From Octopus bimaculoides (Eukaryota): 63,983 nucleotides of DNA. The position numbers were made by a program, and so were the translations under genes. Shown here piece by piece: positions 1-10,535 of this stretch (the stretch's first letter is position 1; each line of letters starts with the position of its first letter). The DNA is taken from assembly GCF_001194135.2 (NCBI RefSeq), contig NC_068995.1:13693407-13757389 (forward strand), in the 5' to 3' direction. The notes under the pieces were generated by a model that saw only the letters and a program-made list of their open reading frames with translations, was not told the origin of the DNA and made no database searches.

Positions 1-111
1 TCTTTTGAATTATGAACATATTTACATCATAAGGGTTTTTTCGTTGTAAGGCTTTCTTTTTTAGTTGATTTTCAGCTAGCAAGACTTATCGTAGATGGCA
101 TAATAAGTCAC

Positions 112-140
112 ACCCGGACAAGGTCGGGTTATACTGCTAG
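112..140 (+). mobile_element. Helitron-like 3' terminus (hairpin plus CTAG)
   Basis: ACCCGG-ACAAGG-TCGGGT hairpin followed 7 nt later by CTAG|T, the canonical Helitron 3' end geometry. Confidence 0.55.
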
Positions 141-700
141 TATATATATATATATATATAAACACTTCTCCAAAACCATGAAACTGAGATTTGTTTTGAC
201 TGGGTCAAGTTTCCAAACCTAAGCGGCAACAACAATTTTAATTAACCCTTTCATTAATGACAACCTTAATGTACAAGTCAGTATTATACTCTAAATTTTT
301 AATGCAAATATTTTCACTTATGGTGACCTGATACAAATTTGACTAAATTTTCAAATAACAAGATTCCTTAAAAATTATCAAAATTTGGTTTCAAATAATT
401 GCCAATTAATTGCTATTTTTACCAATTTTGTATAAACTTGTGTTATTTCTCAAGTATATAAAGCTGGTTGTTACATGGCACTTTTTATATGTTATTCATT
501 ATTTTTCAGATAATTTTGAGCATTCATGGAATAAGATATCGCATCTGGAAACAGTCACTAGAGTATATATTAAGGTCTTATATTTTCATTCATTTGTTCA
601 GTTTTTCTATAAAATCAAATTTTGTTTTCCAAATTGAATTCATTAATTATATTAGGAAGTGATTGCATTTAATTTACATTATTTTCCTTCAAATCTAGTT

Positions 701-2182
701 ATGAAAATGTTTTCTGGAGTTTATAACCAAAGTTGCTTAGTAAAATATGATAAACATTTGTATAAAATCAAATTAATGTATAAAGATACTAATCCCTTGA
801 CGAATGTTGAAGCTAGAACTGAAAACAGTGGTGAAATTGAAGAAGTTATTCGTGCTATATTAAATTTATTTCTGACAGATGCACAAGTGCCAAGTAAGAT
901 TCTTACCTTAAATTATTTGATTGATATTTCATTTAAGTTTTGGAAAATTACTCAAACGATAAATTTTTATTCAAATGGGAAGAAACTGAAATGTAAATTT
1001 TACATTAAGTTATCCATTTATTCTAATCAGTCAATGCATATTAATTATATGACTGTTAATAACATTAGTGATTGTAAAATGAAACAGAAATTTCCCTTGC
1101 CCCCCACTTCTTCCCCTTCCTCCTCAAACAGGTATTTCTGTAACAAAGGTCCTCTGGCAGATCTTAGGAATATGAAATTGAGAAAGAAGCATCATTTGAT
1201 TACCAGTGGAATTGATGCCTCATTCAAAGAACATTTCTTAAGCCACTCAAGCTACCTAGGAGAACATTTAGCTCATCTGAATATTCAAAATAACTCAACA
1301 GCTCTTAGAAGACTTGATCTGTTCTCTGGAAATGGCACTGAAAATTGCAATACATTATTTCTACATAGCCACAATGAAAATAATTTAAAACCAGCTCCTA
1401 AATTACACTCAAGTGCTCATCTTAATTCATTTAATTCATTATTATTTAATAAAAACCAAAATTACAGTATAGGTGACTTGTTAAAAATACAATTGCAGCA
1501 AAATGCTGCTAAGACAAAAGAGAGCAACTCTTTGCAATATTTTATCTTATTAATCAATCGGTGCAAATTATCTGAAGAATATGCTTCACAGTTTTGCAAA
1601 TACACAGAATATCATTTTTCTGCTTTTGACCGAGCACAAAAGATTAAGAGCTGCTTAAAAATTAAGACAGTTGTAATAAAATATTTAACATGTTGTTCTC
1701 TGAATTACCGCTCAAGAAATCAGATTACTGGAACCTACTTACGGAAAAACCAGTCTGCTAAAAAGAAACATATTTGGTTTAAAAAGAGGATGCAAGGACA
1801 ATCTCCAAGAGAAATAGTAAAGAAAACTTGTTGTATTAGGAAAATCTCTTTTAAGAATCAGATTAGAAAATGGAAATTGAAGAAGAATGATCAGAAAAGT
1901 TTGAAAACAGAAGAAGATTCAGAGAAGATAAAACTGGAAAATCTGAAGAAGTTGCAAAAGGAAGTGCCAGAGAAACTAAGCACAAAAGCTCCAAAGAGGT
2001 CAAGAAAGGAAGATCTGAAATTTAAAAAATTCAACAAAGGTAGTAGTAGTCGAAATACTGCCACTGATGTTCAGAATGAGATATTCTTCAGACCAAATGA
2101 CAGATATTCTGTTCAAATCCAAGAACTTCAAGAAGACCTTAAACTTCAATATTTGGCTAATTTGACAACAGAGTTGGATTGA
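701..2182 (+). CDS. Uninterrupted 493-aa ORF; N-terminal ~108 aa MAJIN-like, C-terminal third Lys/Arg-rich
   Basis: The frame is open for 507 codons (659-2182) in AT-rich DNA, far beyond chance. ATG at 701 follows a pyrimidine-rich ...TCTAG acceptor-like site by 2 nt. Motifs LYKIKLMY...EIEEVIRAIL...T-x11-W have the same spacing as human MAJIN VYKFKIRY...ELEDSVRVVL...T-x11-W (recalled). Coding status is high confidence; the identity is moderate. Confidence 0.8.
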   Translation: MKMFSGVYNQSCLVKYDKHLYKIKLMYKDTNPLTNVEARTENSGEIEEVIRAILNLFLTDAQVPSKILTLNYLIDISFKFWKITQTINFYSNGKKLKCKFYIKLSIYSNQSMHINYMTVNNISDCKMKQKFPLPPTSSPSSSNRYFCNKGPLADLRNMKLRKKHHLITSGIDASFKEHFLSHSSYLGEHLAHLNIQNNSTALRRLDLFSGNGTENCNTLFLHSHNENNLKPAPKLHSSAHLNSFNSLLFNKNQNYSIGDLLKIQLQQNAAKTKESNSLQYFILLINRCKLSEEYASQFCKYTEYHFSAFDRAQKIKSCLKIKTVVIKYLTCCSLNYRSRNQITGTYLRKNQSAKKKHIWFKKRMQGQSPREIVKKTCCIRKISFKNQIRKWKLKKNDQKSLKTEEDSEKIKLENLKKLQKEVPEKLSTKAPKRSRKEDLKFKKFNKGSSSRNTATDVQNEIFFRPNDRYSVQIQELQEDLKLQYLANLTTELD

Positions 2183-2427
2183 TTTAATGACAGAAGCTTT
2201 TGTTTTTCTTTTTGTTTTCATTTTGTCTAAATTTCTTTAACCAACAGCAAGAATATTTATTTCAAATGATTGTTATACTAGTAGTATAACAATCCATGAT
2301 TATTTTGAAAATTGTAAGATGGAATTGTATAATTTTTTGAGCCATTAGAACCTTGAGATGATGTAAAAGTCCATTTCAGTAGTATTAAAGGTGCAATCTC
2401 AAGAAACATCTAAAAGATTTTATAAAG

Positions 2428-2433
2428 AATAAA
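2428..2433 (+). promoter_or_regulatory. Candidate polyadenylation signal for the 701-2182 gene
   Basis: AATAAA about 250 nt after the stop codon; the motif is common in AT-rich DNA. Confidence 0.3.
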
Positions 2434-2515
2434 AAGGTTTGAATGGTACAACAATGCACTATAATACAAAAAATGGACTATATACCTGTTGTAATTTAGT
2501 TATCCATAGTCTGAT

Positions 2516-2544
2516 GATATTTCGGAATACAATTCCTTCTTCAG
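2516..2544 (-). ncRNA. Minimal hammerhead-ribozyme core (Penelope-type), probably degenerate
   Basis: Minus strand reads CTGAAGA-A-GGAAT-TGT-ATTCC-GAAA-TA-TC: conserved core, 5-bp stem II and palindromic ATAT stem III, but stem I has only 2 bp. Confidence 0.4.
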
Positions 2545-2787
2545 ATATTCTTAAATGGAGTCACTGCTTTTATATTCTTATGTCTTCTGCTTTGTGAGTT
2601 GTCTGTTATTTTTCACTTTATGTTAAAAAGTAAACAGTATTAACTATGGAGCAAAATCAAAAACATTATCTATAATATTATTCTGCTTTACTACATTGGT
2701 AAATTTTTAACAAATGTTAATACAGTTATTTGAAAAAAACTTTATCATCCTGTGTCTTGTTAGTTTTATGCCGTGTGTTGTTGGCCA

Positions 2788-2890
2788 TCTATATATATAA
2801 AGATGAGAATGTGTGTCTGTCTGTCTGTCAGTGTGAATCCCTAAAACTTGAGAACTACACAACCAATTTCATTCAAATTTTACACATGCC
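2788..2890 (+). mobile_element. Non-autonomous Helitron-like 5' end
   Basis: A|TCTATATATATAAAGATGAGAATGTGTGTCTGTCTGTCTG, a typical TC start with (TA)n and (CTGT)n; no matching 3' end found downstream. Confidence 0.5.
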
Positions 2891-5134
2891 TTTTTAACTT
2901 CTTGCCTAGTGTGAGCCTACAGTAATATCATATCTCCTCCACTATTGCAGTATTACGTGTCAAAAGTGAAACAATAACATTTCTCTATTGTAATGTCAGA
3001 TATTTTCTCTTTAATACTGAAACTATTTATGAAATTTCGAAATTATATTCTATGCATAAGGGCTATAACCCCTATGAAAATTCATTTATTTTTGCTGTTG
3101 ATGAAATTTTAACCATATATATTAGACACAAATGAAGTAATATTTCTAAAATTTCATCTTCTTAGCAGTTTCAAAGACCCCTTCATGCAGACTTAACACT
3201 CACAATTTAGTCATTTTATCTAAGCAAAAATTATATACTTAGATTGTGATTTCTGCAATGTGGTGCATAAATTGTCAAGTAAATGAGAAGCATCTTTGCC
3301 TCCACTGATTCAGTTGCAAAGTGTTCAGTAAAGTTATTTGGTTGCAAACCTCCTTTGAGTCTTTTTATTATCACTGGGTCACACACAATCCTCCCAATGG
3401 TAACATTGATATTTGTACACTGATTGAAAAGAAAGCAACCATTCATACAAAGAATGTTGTCTCCTATGGAAACCTGTTTGGCCATTGAGTTGTTTGTTGG
3501 TTGAAGAATTTGGGAAAATATTACCTGGCTTGGAAACAAATGAGGGGTGACAACAAGAAAGGCTTCTGGCTATAGAAAAATCTCTAACAAGTTTTGTCTG
3601 ACACAAGCAAGCATGGAAAAATGCATGTTGATGATGATATATATTTCATTTAATGGACACAGGATTTATATGTGAGCAACTATAAGTTTTTTGCTCAGAT
3701 TGTACAATAATCAAATGTGTTCGTGTAGCATGCTACCCTCCATTATGCAATTGTTCATTCTCAAAAAGAGCATGAAACCTAAAGTAACTCTTATAAATCG
3801 TGTGTTTATTAAATTATTCTTATCTCTCATTGGATGGAGTACTTTTTGTGTTGAACCTATCAACAATGGAACAGTACCCTATATATATATATTATTCATT
3901 TTCTCTCTTTCCTTCTGTCCATCTATATATATGATTACCATCAATGATGTTTTTACCTCTCTTTTTCCATGCCAAAATAGGATGGTTAATGCATGTTGAG
4001 GTAGTACTGCTCTTTTTTTTTTTTTATGCCAATCTCCTTGTTTACAGGTCAGGTACTTTATTCCACATTTTCTCAATCTTAATTCTCTAAACTACTAGAC
4101 TTTTTGTTTATCCAGTATATAAATACACCATTGTTGCCCAAGTGGTATCATTATGAAGTCTCGCAGGGACAAACACTCATGTACATATGTATACTTATAT
4201 GAGTGTGTGTAATGACTGACTGGCTTCTGTACAGTTTGTATCTATGAAATTTAACTTATAAGGCATTGGTCAACCTAATGCTATAATAGAAGACACTTGC
4301 CCAAGCTGGGATTAAACCCAAAATTAAGTGGTTGCAAGTAAAATTCTTAATCATGTAGAGTCAGAAAGAAGAGAATATTTGGTCTACCATTTATCAGTTC
4401 AGGTCACATGGATACTCTGATCAAGCAGAAACTATAAGTGCAAACGATGTTTGAGCAAGATTTATTTGATAGATGTCTTGTTCATGTTCCATTTTCATAT
4501 GGTCTCCTTTGCTAGCTGTTTCCCTTAATACCTATTAATTTTGAGCATGTCCTGGGCTCATTTTATCATTGAACCAGCACTTAAAGAAGTTATTCTTTTT
4601 ATCATCATCATTTGATATCCTCTTTTCCATGCTTGTAGGGGTTCAGGTGGAATTTGTTGAGACAGATTTTCGACAGCTAGATGCCCTTCCTATTGCCATC
4701 CCTTATCTGTTTTCAAACAAGATAATAATTTCCCCATGACCATATGTTTTTCATGGAAGAATGGAAACAAAAACCACTTCTATGACAGTGATGCTCATTT
4801 ATGACCGTTACATGATGTCAAGATAAGGGTACACACACATATCATCATCATTTATTGTCCATTTTCCATGCTGGCATAGGTTGGACAACTTAACTGGAGC
4901 TAATAAGGCTAAGGGGCCACACAAGGTTCCAGAGTTGTTTTGGCTTGGTTTCCCTTCCTTACGCCAACCACTTTACAAAGTATAGCGGGTACCTTTTACA
5001 TGGCACTGTGGTTTTAGGATATTAACTCTATAGTAGAGGACAGGTCTTCTTGAGTACAACAATGCACCATGTATCTTGGTTCTTTGTCATTTTTGTAAGG
5101 CTCAGCATTTTGAGATTGGTCTTATGTGATGTGC

Positions 5135-5350
5135 TTTCTTTATTGCCCCCAAGGGGCTAAACATAGAGGGGACAAACAAAGGAATTAAGTCGATTAGATC
5201 GACTCCAGTGCGTAACTGGTACTTAATTTATCGACCCCGAAAGGATGCAAGGCAAAGCCGACCTCGGCGGAATTTGAACTCAGAACGTAACGGCAGATGA
5301 AATACCGCTAAGCATTTCACCCGGCGTGCTAACGTTTCTGCCAGCTCGCA
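5135..5350 (-). mobile_element. tRNA-derived SINE, family B (~215 bp), well-preserved copy
   Basis: Head GCGAGCTGGCAGAAACGTTAGC with B box GAGTTCAAATTCC. Near-identical to 40707-40931. Many degraded copies, e.g. 5915-6125, 19150-19590, 27722-27845, 41900-42095, 45360-45490, 58240-58460. Confidence 0.85.
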
Positions 5351-6884
5351 GCCTTTCAATTTCTGTCTACCAAATCCACTTTGGTCTGTTCAGGAGGTGT
5401 TGAATTCAGAATGTAAAAGCTTGTAACTAAACACTTCTTGGCATTTTGTCTTTTGCTCTAACAATTCTGCCTGTCCAGCATCCTTAATTGTTTCTAATAT
5501 AGGCACAAGATCTGAAATCTGGAGAAGAATAGTTAATTAAATTTTCTCAGTACTTGAGTGGTACTTTATTTTATTGACCTTGGATTTGAACTCAGAAAGT
5601 AAAGAGCTGGAAGAAATGTCACTAAACACTATGTTTTAAGCTCTAATGATTCTGTCAAGACACTGCTCTTTACAGTAATGGTTTTTGATTTAACAAAAGA
5701 CCAGAAATTCTGAGAAGGGGTTAGTAGATTACATAGACTCTGGTACTTAACTAGCACTTTATTTTCTCAGGCCCAAAAGTTTGAAAGGAAAAGTTGACCA
5801 TGGTAGGATTTGAACTCAGAACACATGAAGAGCCAGGAGAAATACTGCAAGGTATTTTTTTCTGATGCTATAGCAATTGAGTTAGTTCTTTGCCTTATTG
5901 CATTCTGTGGTAATAATAATTTCAACTGTTGGCACAAGGCCAGCAATTTTTGTGGAGGGGGAGAAGTCGATTACATCAACCCCAGTGCTCAACTGGCACT
6001 TATTTTATTGACCCCTGAAAGGCAAAATTGGCTTCAGTGGAATTCAAACTCAGAATGTAAAGACAGACAAAATGCCGCTAAGTGTTTTACCTCGCATGCT
6101 AATGATTCTGCCAGCTTGCTGCTTTAGTAATAATGATAATAAACAATGAAAACACGAAGATAACAAAGGGAACTGGGTATTTTTATTCACATGTTATTGG
6201 GATCATATTTCAAATTCTTCATATATTCTTTAAAAAAAGGAAAAAAAAAAATAGTTATCTTTTGAGTTTGAATAAGTTGACAGCATCACACATTAAATGA
6301 TATACATGATAGAGAGTGATTTTGATGAGGAAACAAAAAAAAAGTTTTCCAAAAAAAAAAGATATATTTGTCTTACATTTGAGAAAAAAATTTTTTGTTT
6401 TGGCATGACATTACAAATGTAATTAGTAAATGTTCACATAATTTAAAAATATTAATATGAGGGAAAAAAATTTAATAGTTTATAAGTTATAAACTATTAA
6501 TATTTTGTTTTGTAAAGTGTTTCAGTATGACATTGGCTGAGTGGGCTTAGATTGAAAATTTGAAAATGCTATTCTTTTTCTTTTCTTTTTTCAAATTATA
6601 TTATTTTCATAATAATCGTTGCATAGGAGACAACCATCTCTCGGCTGTGAAAATAAGACTGGTTCCAGTGAATTTAATACTTATGTTAAACCACTACCCA
6701 TATATCTTCAATTAATCTATATAAGAGCCTAACTTACTCGGGGTGGATGTCAACTTTAGACTTGTAAAAACAAATGACTAGATTAAACAAAATCCTTAAA
6801 AATTCCCAGAGAGCAACTGAATTCACATACACATACATAAAAAAACTCAACCTAATGATACTTTAAATATTTCTCTGAGGTAAT

Positions 6885-6984
6885 NNNNNNNNNNNNNNNN
6901 NNNNNNNNNNNNNNNNNNNNNNNNNNNNNNNNNNNNNNNNNNNNNNNNNNNNNNNNNNNNNNNNNNNNNNNNNNNNNNNNNNNN
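6885..6984. other. Assembly gap (100 N)
   Basis: Run of N. Confidence 1.
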
Positions 6985-8119
6985 AAAAAGCAAGTGCCAT
7001 GTGCCCTAATTACGTCAAAATTCAAATTCTGGTTTGATTGCATTATAAGCAATATAATTTTAGAATATTAATTACCTAAATTATCAGAATATGCAAGAAT
7101 AAAATGCATAAATATTTTTGCTTTAATCCCTATACTTAAGGAAACTTACAGTAAATATTTAAAATTTGGTGTGGATTACTGAATTTATGTGCTTGAACAA
7201 CTCTCAGGCTTATTTTAGGATATAGAGCTAAAATCTTTCAGCAGTATTAAAATTTTAATATAAACGCATAAATTGATTGGTTTGACCAATATAGTTGATT
7301 GGCAAAATCATTAAGACTTTGGATAAGATACTTTAGTCAGGTGATGAAAGTATCCTTAAATCAGAAACCTGTCCTGACTGCTTGTAACAGAGGGGATTCT
7401 GCTAAAGACATTCAAAGTGTTAGGTGGTGGTGTAAAACTGGGTGACTGAGTAGGCTTTTGTAGGGGAATATGATTGCAAAATGCAAAGAACTGGAACAAA
7501 TACCACTAGAATCTGGTCTGACCTTTTAACAGTTCTGCTAATCCACCCTCATGGATTGATTCTTTTTCTATCAACTTTGAAAGAATAAAAGGCTAAGTTG
7601 ACCGTGGCAGGATGTGAACTTAGAACAGAGAGAGAGAGATGGAACAAGTACCACAAAGGACTAATGACTCTACGCTCAGTTCCATTCCACCAAAATCAAC
7701 TTCGTTTTTCATCCTTTCAGAGGTTAATTAAATACGCTGACAGTTACATCATGAGGTTGATTTAATAGACTAATATTGGTGTCTCCCAGGTTTCTCAAGC
7801 TGGATGCTACAGCTGAGAACACCAAAAAGATATTTTTAGTGTTCTTTATGCTTTAAGGGTGGATGAGGGTATAAATTCTTAGTCACAGTATTCCTGTTGG
7901 CAGTAGTGACTCTGCACCAGGTATTGTTAGTTTTGAAAGACATAATGAAAGAACATTGTCACAAATTCTATAATTAATGGGAATATGTGGCATATTTGCT
8001 ATTGCACTGGATACCTGTTGATAGAATATATATGCACTCTTTGGTTTCATGTACACAAGTTAATCTTGTGAGTCTCTCTGCAGTAGCTTGATTTGCAAAA
8101 AATAGCATACAAGTGTCTC

Positions 8120-8400
8120 TCATGAGGGAGGATAAAAAAAAAAAAAGTTCAGAGACCAGGGAGTTTCTCCAGATCAAGCCTCTAACTCTCTGCTTTGAGA
8201 GGTCACAGCTCTGGCCCTATAGATATGTGGTTATGCTGCCACAGGAAAGGATTGCAATAAAGATTCTTCAAGCCAAGTCAACTAGCAAGAGACTTAGGAG
8301 TAGACCTTGAACAACATGATTGGATAATACCCATAGTCTCTTAGTTGGTCATGCTTTGGAATCCAGCAGGGAAGTTTAATGATAGCACCCTAATGGAAGG
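8120..8400 (+). mobile_element. Degenerate RTE-clade LINE, ORF C-terminus
   Basis: Translates as SSETREFLQIKPLTLCFERSQLWPYRYVVMLPQERIAIKILQAKSTSKRLRSRP*TT*LDN, matching the RTE pattern ERSQLRWxGHVxRMxxERxxxxxLxAxPxGKRPRGRPRTRWxD, with stops. Confidence 0.75.
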
Positions 8401-9349
8401 GGTGCGTGAGGACTCTCCTCTCATAATTCTCCCAATGAATTGTGGGACAGCAACAAAAAGGGATGGATAATTGAAAGCTAAGTGGATCATAGCTAGAATG
8501 CCTTTCATTCAAGATTTGTTGCTTGATCAAAGCAGGCCAACTCAAACATACCAAAAAATGAGATTGCTGTTAGAAGCTGAATTTCATTAAATTATTTCAT
8601 TAATAGAATTAATTCTTTTGATTTGATGACATAATCATTTAGAGATAATCCAAATCTAGGAAAAAAAACTTTTAAACATCTGTTCAAATTTGAGCCCTTT
8701 ATTTTAAGTTTTTCAATCAAATTTATTTGATGTTCTTAAGGTCATTAATATTAAATCATTCTCAAATTAATTTGTAAGCCAAATTATTTTAATTATCATA
8801 ATAACATGCTTAGAGAGATATTAAATGCAGCCAAATTTGAGTCCAGGTAATTGTGAATTATTTTATTAAGAATTTTCAAATTTTAAATCCTACCCTCAAA
8901 ACTGTGAGCTAATTGATTTATTGCACTTGTTAGTACATCTAAGAAGTATTTATATAATGAGAGAGAGAGAGAGATGTGGTGATGGGATCATTAAGTGAAT
9001 GGATCAAGTTGGGACTATGATGTTGATTATTGCACTTCTGATTCAGATGACAATTAACTTTTGTTGGTTCATTGTCAACCTAGTTGTAGATTGATAGCAT
9101 AATGATGTAAACTTAAATGATAAGCAGTGACAACATGATTATTTTCAAGTGTTGTTTAGCACCAAATTAACACTAACTTCATAAATCTCTCATTAAAGAA
9201 TTTCCAACCATTACTACCTTACAACTCTCTCAAATATGACCTTCTGGTTTCAAGACTGTAGGACATAATTTGAAGATTTGAATACTATTTCTACAGGTCA
9301 AATGACTATGTAGACAGAGGTTCTGCTCCCTTGATACTCATATAAGAAA

Positions 9350-9990
9350 AAAATCTAAAACATTTTAGAAGAGATCAACTTCCAAATCAAACAAAAGCCT
9401 AAGTTAAAAGGAATGGATCTATAGCACATCTGTTAATAACTGGTTCAACTGAACAAAGAACAGAATTACAGATATTTAACTCACTTTGACAAAATAGAAT
9501 CTTACCTGTCAATTGGAAAATTTCTGATAAAAACACTAGAATTTATGAAAAGACCCTTACTATCAACAATCCATAAACAGTAACTTTTCTGTGAAATTCT
9601 CCCAAGTAAAATAAGTTAATGAAGAACTTTTGGATGTAAGTAGTTAGAACTATTATGGAGCCAAATTATGTGAACTAATGGGACTTCATTTACTGGGAAT
9701 GCTACATAAGTATATTCAACCACTTTGAGATGAGGTTACATGAGATGATGGCCTAACAGTTTCCTAATACATGAATAAGCAAGAATTTTTATGTCAAGGA
9801 AAGACTCAATAAATACTTTCAAGAAATTAAAACTCAGAACTTAAACACAGGAAAGCACTATGCCTATAGAGAACTTAACGAAGAACTGCTAAGATCCATA
9901 ATTCTGTAACGAATGCATAAAACAGAAACAAATTATATGCCTAATGTAAAACAAATCAAAAACTGTCATTTAACCCACCCTTCAGCCTAA
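9350..9990 (+). mobile_element. Penelope-like element reverse transcriptase relic
   Basis: Motifs in correct order across frameshifts: EWIYSTSVNNWFN (QWxNTxxVIxWF), HFDKIESYLSI (FDIxxFYPSI), LLDVSS*NYYGAKLCELMGLHLL at 9627-9695 (FDVTMGSYDGAExCELVGLYxL) and DDGLTV (YRDDGL). Confidence 0.75.
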
Positions 9991-10220
9991 ATGTAATATA
10001 AAATCTTATGAAACATTTTCCAGCTCACCATAAGTAGTATAAGTTCTTTAGTATGAAGAAGAGAAAAGTTAGCTACACTTACATATAGAACAAATAGCAT
10101 GCCATTTAGAATGAGAACCAAATAGCTAGTAACCCACAGTTTATGACTGAAAAGAGATGCAACAGAAACAGATCAGTAACATACTTGGTGTGTGTAAGTG
10201 TATATGTGTGTTTATATATA

Positions 10221-10535
10221 TCGTCATTTAATGTCTGTTGTCCATGCTGGCATGGGTTGGATGGTTTGACCAAGGGCTGTGCCAGACTCCAGTCTGATTT
10301 GGTATGGTTTCTACAGCTGGATGCCCTTCCTAACATTAACCACTCCAACAGTGTAATGGGCGCTTTTGCCTGCTACCAGCATGGGTGCCAGTTGCGTGAC
10401 ACCAATATCTGCCACGGCTATGATTTCACTTGGCTTGATGGGTCTTCTTCTCAAGCACAGCATATTGCCAAAGGTCTCAGTCATTTGTCTTTGCATTCAT
10501 GAGACCCAATGCTCGGAAGGTGCTTTTTATGTGCA
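10221..10535 (-). mobile_element. RTE-type 3'UTR repeat with (ATG)n tail, family E
   Basis: Shares CCATGC(T/C)AGCATGG and GGATGCCCTTCCTAAC motifs with 30127-30370, 38002-38196, 39950-40115, 48510-48745 and 56365-56547. Confidence 0.75.

Noticed and set aside
112-2890. Capture of the 701-2182 ORF by a Helitron
   Set aside because: The termini are in the wrong order: the 3' end lies upstream and the 5' end downstream of the ORF, so they belong to separate elements.
3231-3606. Protein-like minus-strand ORFs (MAKQVSIGD...)
   Set aside because: The 5' part is the ATG-tailed repeat (ATGGCCAGACATGTTTTCATGGAAGAC-like); no recognisable homology or consistent splice partners.
7974-8177. Minus-strand ORF with an apparent donor at about 8015
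   Set aside because: It overlaps and adjoins the antisense of the RTE relic on the plus strand.
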